Shown: positions 1-12,512, counted from the stretch's first letter. The stretch is 64,000 nt of DNA from Methanobacteriota archaeon (GCA_963787255.1 CAWBCJ010000026.1:68514-132513); one strand, 5' to 3'. The notes: generated from the letters alone by a model not told the origin. Numbers and translations are program-made.

Positions 1-84
1 AAGACCCAACAGCATTAGGGTATACATAAATTCACCATAAAAATTAAAACGTAAATTCAAAGCTTTAAATATTATACTTCGCTA

Positions 85-212
85 AACCGCTAGATTACAC
101 AGCCCTTTTTTCCATTTTTTACTTAAAATCTTACGGCCCTGTACCATCCAGTCTAAAGGTCATACATTTAGCCCTTAAATATCTTTTTTTTGTACATCCT
201 TATAAGGGCTTC
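85..212 (-). pseudogene. remnant of unknown small-protein family X (copy 1)
   Basis: Hand translation across frameshifts: EA..KDVQ/KRYLRAKCMTFRLDGTG/RKILSKKWKKG; aligns with fragments at 611-732 and 14117-14233. Confidence 0.5.
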
Positions 213-228
213 AATTTTACAAAAGAAA

Positions 229-528
229 TTATAATTTTTTATTTTCTATTTCTTCAAAATGGTGGATATCTACTTCTACAATTCCAAGTTTTAGAAATTT
301 AGCCCTCATTTCTTTATCCTCTGCTAGTTTCTTTGCTTTCTCCGGATTTTCCCATTCAATTATTACCATAACTTTGTTGGGATCTTCTAGATCACGAAAC
401 ACGCGACGACATTTAGCCCCATTTTCTTTTAGAACAGATGCAAGTCCGTCAAAACCTGTTTTCCACTTCTCATATTCCTGCACTTTAAGAGCACTAATTT
501 CATAAAACATTAATTCCACCCTATTCAT
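229..528 (-). CDS. small dimeric alpha-beta barrel protein (cyclase/ABM-like)
   Basis: KVQEYEKWKTGFD...RVFRDLEDPNKVMVIIEWEN pattern. Confidence 0.6.
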   Translation of the reverse strand: MNRVELMFYEISALKVQEYEKWKTGFDGLASVLKENGAKCRRVFRDLEDPNKVMVIIEWENPEKAKKLAEDKEMRAKFLKLGIVEVDIHHFEEIENKKL

Positions 529-610
529 GTTAATTAAATCTTTCCATAACTTTAAATTGATTATAACAATCTATATCTCCTCAACTAGATAAATATTACG
601 ATTATTTAAT

Positions 611-732
611 TATTTATTAATATGATCTTTCCATCTTTTACTGTAGTTTAGTCCGTCCAATACCATCGGCCCTTAAAGTCTCACCTTCACGCCATTACCC
701 GTAAAAAATTCCTTTTAGCTTCTTCAACAGCT
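611..732 (-). pseudogene. remnant of unknown small-protein family X (copy 2)
   Basis: AVEEAKRNFLRVM/REGETLRADGIGRTKL/SKRWK across two frameshifts. Confidence 0.6.
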
Positions 733-760
733 TAAAGAATAGAGAGAAGAGTATAAGTTG

Positions 761-853
761 GTGAAGATTTTGTTGGTTGAGGATAATCCTGCTGATGCAC
801 GCCTTTTTAAAGATTTTTTTTTAATTATTATTGTTGAGCATCTTTGGAGATGA
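761..853 (+). pseudogene. response-regulator receiver N-terminal fragment
   Basis: GTG start, MKILLVEDNPADARLFKDF then degenerates; compare ILLVEDNPSDIRL at 7785-8240. Confidence 0.75.
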
Positions 854-990
854 TGCATATAATTATTGAAAAAATAGTATCATAAAAAATAATTATATCT
901 ATTATATAAGTAAGAAAAATAAATTATTCTAAATTAGTTAGTATAATATAATAGGAGTATTTGAATTAATAACAATATTATGTAAAAAAA

Positions 991-1020
991 TATGATCAGT
1001 ATATAAATGAACTGATCATA
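991..1020. promoter_or_regulatory. perfect 10-bp inverted repeat around a TATA-like spacer upstream of guaAA
   Basis: TATGATCAGT-ATATAAATGA-ACTGATCATA. Confidence 0.45.
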
Positions 1021-1134
1021 TCAAATAGGATGTGTCTTTAATATCCATACATCTATTAAATATTTTAATATATTTATACATTTCTATTGCAAATAATTGC
1101 AATTTACAAATAGACATTAATTAGGGGATATATA

Positions 1135-1704
1135 ATGAAAATATTAGTTGTAAATAATCATGGACAGTATAATCATAGAATTCACAGGACTTTACATTAT
1201 TTAAAGATTCCCTCAGAGATAATTCCCAATTCAACAGCTATTAAAAAAATAAATGAGAAAAAACCTGCAGGAATTATATTAGGTGGAGGTCCAACCATAG
1301 AACGGGCAGGAAACTGCTTTAAATACGTAAAAGAGTTAGATTTACCTATTTTAGGGATATGTCTTGGCCACCAAATAATTGCAAAGGCTTATGGGGGAGA
1401 AATTGGCGCTGCAGGAATTCAAAGCTATGCAAAAATTGAAATAAACATAAAAGACGAAAATGACATCTTCAAGGGTATTGGAGATACTATGACGGTATGG
1501 GCATCACATAAGGATGAAGTTAGAAAGTTACCTGAAGGTTTTAAAATCCTTGCAGACTCACCAATATGCGATATAGAAGCCATGAAACATGAAGAAAAAC
1601 CTTTATATGGAATACAGTTCCATCCTGAAGTCTACCATACTGAAAAAGGCCCTCAATTATTAGAAAACTTTTATGAGACTTGTAAAAAATATTCACAAAA
1701 TTAA
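1135..1704 (+). CDS. guaAA: GMP synthase subunit A (glutamine amidotransferase)
   Basis: [10 protein letters not shown] nucleophile elbow, GIQFHPEV; archaeal split form. Confidence 0.95.
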   Translation: MKILVVNNHGQYNHRIHRTLHYLKIPSEIIPNSTAIKKINEKKPAGIILGGGPTIERAGNCFKYVKELDLPILGICLGHQIIAKAYGGEIGAAGIQSYAKIEINIKDENDIFKGIGDTMTVWASHKDEVRKLPEGFKILADSPICDIEAMKHEEKPLYGIQFHPEVYHTEKGPQLLENFYETCKKYSQN

Positions 1705-1788
1705 AAGTCATTATTAACGTTTAATTTTTCTCTATTTTTTTTTGATTTACATTAGAACTTATTCTAGAAAACTATTACCTATTTTAAA

Positions 1789-3399
1789 TTATTTTTCCTC
1801 ATGATATTCTTCTTCAGCATTAATAGACCACAAATTATCCTTGGAAGTCACATTGTTGATAATATTTTCAACTGCAGTCATTGCAGTAAGCATGGAATGG
1901 TCCATATTATTATATCGATGCATTCCGTTCCTACCAATCAAAAAAAGGTTTCCAAATCCATCAGTAAACTCTCTAACGTCATCAAATTTTTCATATGTTC
2001 CAAAATAAGCAGGATATGTCTTTTGAACCCTTATAACTACATTATCAATAACATCTTCTTTATTTATAATATGGATTTTTGCAAGTTCATCTACTGCAAA
2101 CTGGGTAAACTCTTCATCTGAAGTGTTCCATAATTCATCTCCTTCATTACAGAAGTATTCAAGCCCAATCCACGACTTACTATCATCATTTACAAGATAA
2201 GGGCTCCAATTATTGAATATTTGTAGTCTACCTAATTTAACATCCCTTTCTTGGATATAAATCCAGTTATCAGGAACTATATCATTAACAGTCTTTTGAT
2301 TAGTTTCATTTTTTATTTTAAGCTGATTTAAAAGTAGACCAACTGTAATGAAATCACGATACATTAACCCATTAGCGATCTCATTAATATCATCTGGCAC
2401 GATTTCCATAGAATTTATTAAATCTTTAACTGGCATTGTTGAGAAGAAATAATCACCTTCTGCAGTTTTAATCTCGCCAGTAGAATGATCTTTTATTTTA
2501 ATTTTTGTTACATTGTCTCCATCGTGTTCAATTCCAATTACTTCGTGATTATGATGTATTTCTCCACCATTTTCAGTTATAATTCGTGCTACTTCTTCCC
2601 ATATTTGTCCAGGTCCAAGTTTAGGGTACATAAACTGTTCAATAAGACTTGTTTCAACTTCTTTTTGTTCTATTGATGAATCACTGGAAAATTTACTTTT
2701 TACAGCATGAGAAACGGCTTTTGTAATGGATAAACCTTTAATACGTTGTGCGCCCCATTCAGGATTAATTTCACAACAATCTATTCCCCAAACTTTCTCT
2801 GTATAATCTTTAAAGAATGTTAAATAGAGTTCTCTTCCAAATCTATTTATAAAAAAGTCTTCAAGGGATTTTTCTTCTTTAATTGGTGATATTGAGGTTT
2901 TAACGTAGCTTGCACCAATTTTAGCTGTTCTCCACAGACCTAAATTAGAAAAAGTATTAAGATTAAGTGAAATAGGATAATCAAAAAATTTTCTTAGGAA
3001 AAATATCCGTGAAAGACGTCCCCGATTGAGCATTACTTTGTCATCTTTTTCAGGATCAGGTGCATTAATTTTTTTAATTTCCTTTTGCCCTATTTCTCTT
3101 TTAAGGCATTCATTAGTAAGGGGTATTTCCCGGCCAAGTGCTGCATCGTCCTTTGCAGGTGCACCTTGAAGTGGCATTATATTTTGCCACCACTTCATAA
3201 CTCTGTTTGATTTTGAAAAGAATCTGTGACCGCCTATGTCTATTCGGTTGCCTTTATATTTGACAGTTTTAGAAATTCCACCTATTTCATTGCTCATTTC
3301 ATATATAACTGGTTTAATATCAGTTTTATCAAGTAATTCATAGGCTGCAGTGAGTCCTGCAGGTCCAGCTCCAATGATAATTGCTGTTTTTTGACTCAT
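1789..3399 (-). CDS. FAD-dependent oxidoreductase (UDP-galactopyranose mutase/protoporphyrinogen oxidase-like)
   Basis: [30 protein letters not shown]; probable start MSQK at 3399. Confidence 0.85.
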   Translation of the reverse strand: MSQKTAIIIGAGPAGLTAAYELLDKTDIKPVIYEMSNEIGGISKTVKYKGNRIDIGGHRFFSKSNRVMKWWQNIMPLQGAPAKDDAALGREIPLTNECLKREIGQKEIKKINAPDPEKDDKVMLNRGRLSRIFFLRKFFDYPISLNLNTFSNLGLWRTAKIGASYVKTSISPIKEEKSLEDFFINRFGRELYLTFFKDYTEKVWGIDCCEINPEWGAQRIKGLSITKAVSHAVKSKFSSDSSIEQKEVETSLIEQFMYPKLGPGQIWEEVARIITENGGEIHHNHEVIGIEHDGDNVTKIKIKDHSTGEIKTAEGDYFFSTMPVKDLINSMEIVPDDINEIANGLMYRDFITVGLLLNQLKIKNETNQKTVNDIVPDNWIYIQERDVKLGRLQIFNNWSPYLVNDDSKSWIGLEYFCNEGDELWNTSDEEFTQFAVDELAKIHIINKEDVIDNVVIRVQKTYPAYFGTYEKFDDVREFTDGFGNLFLIGRNGMHRYNNMDHSMLTAMTAVENIINNVTSKDNLWSINAEEEYHEEK

Positions 3400-3477
3400 G
3401 TTAGTATTCCTCGTTAAGACTTTTCTGTAAGTTGTTATAATCAGTTTTTGAGTATTAATGTTCACTATTTATTTTTT

Positions 3478-3910
3478 CTATTTGAATAAAGTAACTTTTC
3501 TTGCAAAGAAATTCCAGAATAAGATTAAAGCTGCTGCAATGATTTTAGAAAGAAGGTAAAAAAGTCCAACATACTCTGTAAATAAATAGATAATCACTAC
3601 ATTTAAAAAAATCCCTATTACTCCAATGAACTGCAAAAATTGTAAATTCTGATAATTTGTTGTCTAAAGTACGTTTATTAAAAACCCAATTTATACTTAA
3701 AGTATAATTGGCAATTAATCCTAATATGAATGCTATTACAGCAGAAATAAGATAATAAACACCAAAAACATCTGTAAAGATGAACAAAGAAACGAAATCT
3801 ACTATAAAAGCAGCACCGCCAACGAAAATGTATCTGAAAAATTGTACGTGAGTGCTGTCAGTTTGATTTTTTATTAGTTTGTCTATTGCTGTTTCTTTTG
3901 TGTCGCTCAT
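3478..3910 (-). CDS. GtrA family protein (frameshift ~3628)
   Basis: [10 protein letters not shown]...[10 protein letters not shown]; alternate frame continues IGVIGIFLN...[13 protein letters not shown]. Confidence 0.85.
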
Positions 3911-4224
3911 TTAATAATCACCATGTAATAAAATAATTATAAGTAGTCATATTGATTTTAAAATGTATATAATTTTTCTAAAATAAGAATGCACTTTTTC
4001 AGAAATATCATTATTTTTTTTATAGATTAAAGATAGCCTAAATGTATATCAAATAACTTTTTATGATTTACTGAAATATAAAACTTTTTAATAATTAAAA
4101 TTAAGTAAATTAATAAATGGAATTATTGAATCAGACTTAAATACAAAATTTAAATAATCAAAAACAAAAATATAGCTATAAAATATAATATAATACTAAA
4201 TTCTATTTCTAAAAACAGCAATAA

Positions 4225-5628
4225 CTAAACATAATAACTTGTTATGAAAATAAGGATGCTTATTAAAAGGAAAATCACAGTATAACTAATGATTATTACA
4301 TTTAAATTGTTTTGAATTCCTAAAAAGATTTTATTCTTATTGCTATCAAAGTTTTTGATTTTAAATAATAACAAAAAGAGCAGAGGAAGGATAGGAATGA
4401 AATATCTTCCTTGAATACCATCTATCATATTTTGACCAACCACAGTCCATGAAATATACACAAAGGCACATACAAGCAGAAAAATTATTACAAAGATTGA
4501 AAGAGAAATTAATTTTTGTTTTTTACTTATTAAATGTCTGCTTTTATCCAGTAATGCAATTGGCACTATTGAAGTTATATATGCACCAATCCACCATATT
4601 GGTAACGGAATATCCAGCCAGAAATTACCCACGAACAAAAGTTGATAGGATAAACCCCGATAAAAAAACGTTTTCAATAGTGCATAAGGAAATCTTAGAG
4701 GATCTCCTAAAATATATAATATCTGGCCTGAAATAGATATCTGAGGTACAATAGGAACATAAAGATCTTTAACAAGTAAACTCCAGCCTCCACTAATTAG
4801 AAGTATGGCTAAAAGTAAAAATCCTGCTGTATAAAACATTTTTTTTCTACCTCCAAATTTCTCTGAAGGTATGAGAAATATCAATAATAAAAGCACAAAA
4901 TAAATTTGTTTTGACAATGAAAGCAGAAGAACTAGTATAAACAAGATATAGGTATCTTTGATATTTATGCTCTTTTTATTTTCATCGAAAGCATATTTAA
5001 AGAAAATTGCAACTATTAGAAAGGATAAGCCTAATATTAAACTATCTGCTGAAAGTGAAGCCGCCTCAAAAAGTGTCATAGGAATTAATGCAACCATAAA
5101 GAGAACCCATTTATGAATTGGAATTATTCTAATTGCAAGATATGTAAGAAACACCCATACCAATAAATTAGCCAGTCTTCCAAGGTATATTAAAATTATT
5201 GGAGATAAGTTAAGCAATTTTCCAAGTATAATAGCAAATGCAGGAATTATATAAGGAACAGGAGAATATGTAATAACTGCAATCCTTGAAATATCTTCAA
5301 AAACTCTATTTTGGCTGTTAAAACCTATATTTAAAAGAGGAGCTATATTTATCTTATCATCTCTATCTTTAATAAATGAAAACCATTCATTGGAAATTTC
5401 TGAAGTCGTTAATCGCACGCTTTCAGGAACATAAACTCCTGACATGTTCCCCACCTTTTCAGGGAGCACATGTCCTTCGCTTACATATAATGCCCTGTAA
5501 AAATGTTCATATTCATCAGGAACCTGGAGTGCAGGGGTTGCAATAAGAAAACAAAGTCCATATACTAATCCAATAATAAGAAATGCAGTTTCTGGCTTCA
5601 TTTCTTTTAATTTACCAACCAACGACAT
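4225..5628 (-). CDS. DUF2142-like polytopic membrane protein (GT-C-like glycosyltransferase)
   Basis: PDEYEH in first loop, YSPVPY, GIQGRYFIP, many TM segments. Confidence 0.8.
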   Translation of the reverse strand: MSLVGKLKEMKPETAFLIIGLVYGLCFLIATPALQVPDEYEHFYRALYVSEGHVLPEKVGNMSGVYVPESVRLTTSEISNEWFSFIKDRDDKINIAPLLNIGFNSQNRVFEDISRIAVITYSPVPYIIPAFAIILGKLLNLSPIILIYLGRLANLLVWVFLTYLAIRIIPIHKWVLFMVALIPMTLFEAASLSADSLILGLSFLIVAIFFKYAFDENKKSINIKDTYILFILVLLLSLSKQIYFVLLLLIFLIPSEKFGGRKKMFYTAGFLLLAILLISGGWSLLVKDLYVPIVPQISISGQILYILGDPLRFPYALLKTFFYRGLSYQLLFVGNFWLDIPLPIWWIGAYITSIVPIALLDKSRHLISKKQKLISLSIFVIIFLLVCAFVYISWTVVGQNMIDGIQGRYFIPILPLLFLLLFKIKNFDSNKNKIFLGIQNNLNVIIISYTVIFLLISILIFITSYYV

Positions 5629-5792
5629 ATTTTTTAGTTTAATTTTTTAATCTTAAAAAGTTGATGGATAATATAAAAAGTAAAAAAATACTATTTTAAG
5701 TATACTAAAAGAATATAAACATGAAAATTGATAAAATTTTCAATGAAAAGTTTTTTTATTGTTATAATTATTTTATTATAGGTGAAAAAAAA

Positions 5793-6719
5793 ATGCTTGA
5801 TCCATCTGATTTTATAAAGGAATCAATTGAAAAAATTAAAAAAGAAATAGGCGATGAAAAGGCAGTTATAGCACTATCTGGCGGTGTTGACAGTTCTGTT
5901 TCATCAGTATTAGTTTCAGAAGCAATTGGAGAAAATCTTATAGCGGTATTTGTTGACCACGGACTTCTACGTGAAGGGGAATCCGAATACGTGCAAAAAA
6001 CATTTGAAAACCGTTTAAACTTTGATTGCATTGATGCTAAAGATGAATTTTTAAATGCCCTTGAAGGGGTGGCAGATCCTGAAGAAAAGCGGAAAATAAT
6101 AGGTGAAATATTTATCAATGTCTTTGAAAGGGAAGCAGAAAAAATAGGTGCTAAATTTTTAGTTCAAGGCACAATAGCGCCTGATTGGATAGAAAGTGAA
6201 GGGAAAATTAAATCTCATCATAATGTTGCTTTACCTCATGGATTGGTTTTAAAACTTGTAGAACCAATAAGAGAACTTTATAAAGATGAAGTTAGAATTT
6301 TAGGTTCAAAATTGGGACTTCCTGACGAAATGGTTAACAGACAACCGTTTCCAGGGCCGGGACTTGCTGTTCGTGTAGTTGGAAAACTAAGTGAAGAAAA
6401 AATTGAAATCTGCAGAAAGGCAAACGCTATAGTTGAAGAAGAAGTTAAAAAAGAAGGGCTTGATGCTACACTTTGGCAATACTTTGCAGTTTTAACTGAT
6501 ACAAAGGTTACAGGGGTTAAAGGGGACATAAGAGATTATGGTTATCTGGTAGTGCTTCGAATGGTTGAATCATGGGATGCTATGACTGCACATGTGCCAG
6601 AACTACCCTGGGAAATGGTAAGAACAATTTCAGCTCGAATTACAGCTGAAGTTCCTGAAGTCACTCATGTTTCGTTATCAGTAAGTGATAAACCGCCAAG
6701 CACTATTGAATTTGCTTAA
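5793..6719 (+). CDS. guaAB: GMP synthase subunit B (ATP pyrophosphatase)
   Basis: SGGVDS PP-loop, [25 protein letters not shown]; GGTGA RBS before ATG 5793. Confidence 0.95.
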   Translation: MLDPSDFIKESIEKIKKEIGDEKAVIALSGGVDSSVSSVLVSEAIGENLIAVFVDHGLLREGESEYVQKTFENRLNFDCIDAKDEFLNALEGVADPEEKRKIIGEIFINVFEREAEKIGAKFLVQGTIAPDWIESEGKIKSHHNVALPHGLVLKLVEPIRELYKDEVRILGSKLGLPDEMVNRQPFPGPGLAVRVVGKLSEEKIEICRKANAIVEEEVKKEGLDATLWQYFAVLTDTKVTGVKGDIRDYGYLVVLRMVESWDAMTAHVPELPWEMVRTISARITAEVPEVTHVSLSVSDKPPSTIEFA

Positions 6720-6891
6720 AAAACCTTTTTTTTGGAGAATTAATCTATTTATTACTTCTCAGTTTCTTTTTAATTTATTTTTCATTTTAACATCTTATAT
6801 TCCTATTTTAACAGGAATTCAGACTTAATATAAATTCAAAAATCGATTCTAAAAGTCATGCAAAGCATCTGTTTTTGGAGATTGATGATAA

Positions 6892-7392
6892 ATAGTTGAA
6901 CTAGCTCATAGTATCGAACGGAAAATCATCAAAAAATATGGCAGTACTCTAAAGGTAGATGGACATATTTATCAGGCATATCCAACACCAAAACAATTGA
7001 ATAATGCACCATTCGATGAACTTCGTGCATGTGGATTAACTTTAAGAAAAACTGAATATATCAAGTCCATATCAAAAGATATAGAAGAAGGAAAATTGGA
7101 TTTAGAGAAATTCAAAGAATATGAAGATGTAGATAAAATAATTAGTGAACTTTGTAAAATAAGAGGAATAGGGCTTTGGACAGCAGAATTTGTGATGATA
7201 AGAGGTTTAAATAGGCTTGAATCACTCCCTGCAGATGATATAGGAATTAGAAGAGTTATTTCTCATTATTATTGTGATGGTAGAAGGATTTCAAGTGATG
7301 AGGCACGTAAAATAGCTGAAAACTGGGGTAAATGGAAAGGATTAGCTGCTTTTTATTTAGTAATTGCTGAAATGGCTAATATCAGTATTTAA
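6892..7392 (+). pseudogene. DNA-3-methyladenine glycosylase (AlkA/HhH-GPD), N-terminally truncated
   Basis: YPTP, LCKIRGIGLWTAE, LPADDIG; open frame begins after stop at 6889 with no N-terminal half upstream. Confidence 0.75.
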
Positions 7393-7784
7393 TTCAATTA
7401 CACTATAGCGATTTTGTGGCTAAAATTTTGAGTTAATTCACCCACAGTGGAAAAACAACGTGTTTAAAATTAAATATGAAACTTATACTATCCGTGCAAC
7501 TTAATGTCCACTCCTTTATAAAGAAACTACTTTCAAAAACCCAAATTAGGAATCAACTTCATTTTTGAAAGAATCCTTAACCATACATATATATTTTAAA
7601 CTATTTAGCCTTTATTTTTTAGGAAAACCCTACCAAACTAATTTAATACAATGCAAATCAGCCCAAAAAAAATCATTTTCCCATATAGTACAACACAACA
7701 ATTAAGCCCAATTTTATAGCAAATGAAAAAAACAGCAAAAAATGTGATATTAAATTTTGGAACAAAAATTCCAAAAAAGATGAT

Positions 7785-8240
7785 TTAAACAGAGCTTTTA
7801 ATGGGTAATTGGGCGGTATGGAACCAGAAGTCATTAATAGCTTTAATGTACTTGTTGAATTCATCAATATCTAACGGTTTAAGAAATACAGAATTAGCTT
7901 GGAGTCTATAAGCATTATTAATGATTTTTGGGTCATTGGAAACAGTAATAATAATTACAGGGATGAGTTTAAGTTTTTTGTCATTTTTTATTTCTTTTAA
8001 CACTTCCCACCCGTCTTTACGCGGCAAACCCAAATCAAGAAGAATTAAATCCGGACAAGGCACATCTACATACTTACTTTCTTGTTTTAAGAATTGTATG
8101 GCTTCAACACCATCATTAACTATGTGCAGTTTCTTTTTTAATTCTATTTCCTTCAATGCTTCTTCTACTAGTCTTATATCAGAAGGATTATCTTCTACCA
8201 ATAGTATATTCGGTTTGATTATGCTTTTGGTTTCATCCAG
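7785..8240 (-). CDS. single-domain response regulator (Rcp1-like)
   Basis: ILLVEDN, PDLILLDLGLP, KP; GGTGA RBS precedes a CTG at 8240 (start uncertain). Confidence 0.9.
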   Translation of the reverse strand: MDETKSIIKPNILLVEDNPSDIRLVEEALKEIELKKKLHIVNDGVEAIQFLKQESKYVDVPCPDLILLDLGLPRKDGWEVLKEIKNDKKLKLIPVIIITVSNDPKIINNAYRLQANSVFLKPLDIDEFNKYIKAINDFWFHTAQLPIKSSV

Positions 8241-8362
8241 TGTTTATATCACCTTTTTATTGAATAAATAATCTAATGGTACCACTATTTTTGTATTTAA
8301 TACTATTTAATTGTAGTTAAATGACAAAAAGTAATTAATAGAAATGTTAAAATAAAAATGAA

Positions 8363-8800
8363 TTAAGGTACTTCAGCTAAATCAAACCAAAACTTCATAA
8401 AAGAATCCAAAACTCGATTCAAATCATTTGAATTTTCTGGTTTCATAATGTAATTATTAAGATGGCTTTTATACAATTCTTTAACATTATCATTATTATT
8501 CTTGGATTCAGATAAAATAGAAATAGGGGTTGTTTTAAGGGCTGAATCCGATTTAACTATTTTAATAAAATCTATAATTTCATCTGTAACTGCATTCAAA
8601 TTAAATAATAGACTAAAATGCGTAAGACTCTTAGGACAATTACTGCAAAGATTTAAAGCGTCAGTAACATGGTTTAAATTATCAAAAAGATGTACATTAA
8701 CATTATTTTCTTTTTTAAAAAAATCAACAACACTACTAGTTGATTCATCCTCCAGTAACAAGAGATTGATTGTATGTGCTAAGTTTTCCATAAATATCAT
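8363..8800 (-). CDS. degenerate receiver-domain protein
   Basis: LLLLEDE, LKTTPISILSES, NYIMKP, MKFWF; phosphoacceptor Asp replaced (LLFNLN). Confidence 0.65.
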   Translation of the reverse strand: MIFMENLAHTINLLLLEDESTSSVVDFFKKENNVNVHLFDNLNHVTDALNLCSNCPKSLTHFSLLFNLNAVTDEIIDFIKIVKSDSALKTTPISILSESKNNNDNVKELYKSHLNNYIMKPENSNDLNRVLDSFMKFWFDLAEVP

Positions 8801-8886
8801 TCGTTATGTTACGATTATGTATAACTTATATAAATACTAAAAACAATGTGAAAGTCTACTATCAAAATTTATCCCAAAAAAAATAA

Positions 8887-11800
8887 TCAAACCGTAGGAA
8901 TAGTAAAATAAAACGTAGAACCAACACCATAATCTGATTCCAACCCAAATATGGCCACCATGCCGTTCAATTATTCTCTTAACGATTGAAAGTCCTATTC
9001 CTGTTCCTTTATAAATGTCCCTTGTATGTAGACGCTGGAATATGGTAAAAATACGTTCAAAATATTGTTCTTCTATTCCAATACCATTATCAGATACACT
9101 GAAGACATACTCCTTTTCATCTTCAGACTTATAAGCGGATATATCAATTTTAAGCGGTTCATCACATTTTCTAAATTTAATAGCATTTGAAATCAGGTTT
9201 AAGAACACCCTTTGCAGTTGCCCTGCATCTCCCCTTACTTTTGGAAGCTCATCGTAAGTTATTTCAGCATCAGATTCGTAAATTACAGTACTTAAGCTTT
9301 TAATGGTTTGATTCAATATATCATTAGTATCAACAAGCTCAAATTCTTCTCCTTTGGTTGCAACACGTGAATAATCAAGTAAATCCTGAATTTGCTGTTT
9401 CATACGAATAGATGCATCTACAATGTACTCCATGAACTCATCAGCATCACTATCCAATTGGCCTTTATAGCGTCTCTCCAATAATTGAGTGAAACTGGTT
9501 ATAGTTCTAAGAGGCTCTTGTAAATCATGACTGGAAACATAGGCAAATTGTTGTAATTCTTGATTGGAGCGTTTTAATTCTTCTACTGTCTCTTTTAGGT
9601 CATTTTCTGCTTTTTTTAATTCTGTATTGTCAAACAGTGTTGCTCTGCTTAACAAGAAGTTACCTTTTTCATCTTTAAGTGTCGAAGCGCTTAAAATAAT
9701 GGGAAAAGTGGAGCCGTCTTTTCTAATCAGTTCATATTCAAGGTCTTTAGCATATCCTCTTTCTAAGAAACTTCTATAATTCTTTTTAAACGCTTTTTGA
9801 CTTTCTTTGGTAAGTAATTCACTGAAATTCTTACCAATGAGTTCCTCTTTCTTGTATCCCAGCCATGAAAGCTCGGTTTGATTAACCTTTAAAAAGTTAC
9901 CATTTACATTAAGTGAGTGATAACCACATGGGGCATTATTATAAAGGTCATAGATTTCATCAGCAGATTCTTTTAATTGTTTTTCTGCCTGTTTAAGATC
10001 TGTGATATCATAAACAAAAGTAATAAACCTTAATTCACTGTTAAGTTCAATTGTTTCAGAACTACTAAGTACAATACGTTTTTCGCCAGATTTAGTTTGT
10101 ATTTCCAATTCTGAATCTCGCCTTGCGCCTTTTACTTGAAGTTCATTTATATAGTGCTCACGTTTTTCAGTATTTATTATATTTAATTCTGCTGAAGTAT
10201 GACCAATTAATTCATCCCTATTATAACCAGTTAACTTCATAAAACTTTCATTAACATCCAGCCACCTACCCTCTGCATCACCAAGTGTCATGGCAGCAGG
10301 ATTAGAATGGAATGCCTTATAAAACTTCTCTTCACTTTCTTGTAAAGCTTTTTCAGCTTTTTTACGTTCAGTTATATCTCGAGATATTGCAAGGCATGCT
10401 TTCCGTCCTTTATAGTTAATTAAGTGATTATTTACTTCAACGGGTATTCTGTCCCCATTTTTGGTTATATGTACTATTTCAAAGGTATTGCAACTGTTTT
10501 TTATGAGTTTTGCTGCATTTTCAGGCATTTCTGGTCTTTTATCTGGAGCAACAATGTCTCTAGGGGTCATATTTAATAATTCTTCTCGATTATAACCTAA
10601 TCTTTTAATACCTACTTCATTAATTTCAATAAATTTACCTGGAAAATTATCTTCCATTTCATTAAGAGTTATCATATCATTTGCTTTGTTAAAAATCTCA
10701 CGGAATTTTAGTTCACTTTCGCCAAGCAATTCATAAGCCTCTTGAAGCTCTCTAGTCCGCTCATCAACTTTAATTTCTAAATTATCACGAGCGTCTTTTA
10801 AATTTTCTTCTAATTTTTTCCGTTCAGTAATATCATAAAACAATGATATGAGATGTTTTTTGCCCTTAAGTTCAATAAATTCTGTTGAAATCAAGAGTAT
10901 ATGTTTTTTATCCCATTTATCGCTTATTTCAATTTCCATATCGTGGATATGGCCTTCTTTAAGTAATTTTTCAAGTAATTTATCCCTATACTCCTTACCA
11001 TAAAGATTTATCTCTGTTGTATTCTTACCGATGATTTCATCCTTATTATAGCCAGTTATACTTGTATAATGCTCATTTACATCGATGATACTGCCTTCTA
11101 GAGTAGATATTATTATTGCAGTAGGACTGCTATAAAAAACCTTGGAAAACTTCTCTTCACTTTCTTTTAAAACTTCTTCTGCTTTTTTACGTTCTGTCCA
11201 GTCATGAGCGTACACAGCAGCACCTGTCACTTTTCCGTTTGAATCTCTGACAGGAGTATGAAATATGGAAAAATAACGGAAGTTATGGCCTTCATCACCT
11301 GCACATGCTTCAATATTAACTACTTCACCATTAAATGCTTTATCAATATTTAATTTGGCATTTTCACGGTTTTCAGGGTTTGTATGATAATCAAGTAGAT
11401 TACCTCCTATTTCAATGTCCGCATCAAAAAGATTTTTCATTACCTTTGCATGTTGCAAATTGAAGCTGGTGTATCGATAGTTACAATCAACAGAAAATAT
11501 AGGTCCTTCTGAGCTTTCAAGCACTGTCTCAAGTACATCATGCTCCTGCATCAGTTTCTCTTCAGTATTTTGGTGTTCAGTAATATCTTGAATTTGCACT
11601 AAATAACCAGAATCAGTAACGGAAACAGTATAATCTAAAAATAAAACTCCATTTTTAGTTGGAGTATAAAAACCTAAATTTTTAATCATATCTAAATCTA
11701 AAGGCGCTTGAAAATGAATAACACCATCATTAATCAATTCCTCTCTCTTTTCCTCAATAGGAGGGTTATCAAACATACTCAGCCCTAAAATATCATTTAA

Positions 11801-11964
11801 TTTGGATATGGCCATAATTTTAAGAGCAGAATTATTAGCATTAACTGCAATACCCTTTTTATCGTGAAAAATAATCCCTATAGGTGATTGATTGAATATT
11901 TCCTTAATTCATCCCATGATTGGAGTTTAGAGTCTTTTATGCTGTTTTTATTGGTTCTTTCCAT
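8887..11964 (-). CDS. multi-PAS sensor histidine kinase (frameshifts ~11900 and ~8940)
   Basis: Repeated DITERK PAS ends, FAYVSSHDLQEPLR H-box, NAIKF, DNGIG, GTGIGL; alternate frames restore both termini. Confidence 0.92.
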
Positions 11965-12109
11965 TAAAAAAACACCTTGAAACTTATATAATTTAATTAT
12001 AATTATAATTTATGATTTAATTTTTCACAAATATTATTAAAAAAAATTTTTACTTTTCAGATGCTCTTGCACTAAACCCATTAAATAAAACAGCACTTAT
12101 AGAGTACCG

Positions 12110-12512
12110 GTGCTAAAAATGAATATGACAGATGCAAGAGTACGTAAATGTAAGAATGTGTCAATATTAATTGATAAGAAGATGCGGGAACGCAGAATAG
12201 AACACGACAAATACATTATAATGCTAGATGAAAATACTCCCTTCGGAAAGGATGAATATGTTAAAATTATAAGTAAAACTGACTTTGAAAAACTTGGGCG
12301 AAATGCTCAAAACACTAAAAAATGAAAGAAATAGCCTAAAACAGCAAGTTATGAACCTTGAAACCCTGCTGGAAGTGCAGAAAAAGTTTATAGATAAAAT
12401 TGAAAGTGTTGAAACAAGTAAAGAGAATAATTCAAGCTCTAAAGGAATATTCAAATTTTTTTTACTTCTTTCGATAAGAATAGGAGGAATAGTTTATGAG
12501 GTTATTTATTAA
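12110..12512 (+). CDS. hypothetical protein with coiled coil (one gene, frameshift ~12298)
   Basis: Two overlapping ORFs join at FEKLG/EMLKTLK. Confidence 0.55.

Noticed and set aside
12060-12116. Possible TPR fragment (DALALNPLNKTAL)
   Set aside because: Too short to distinguish from chance
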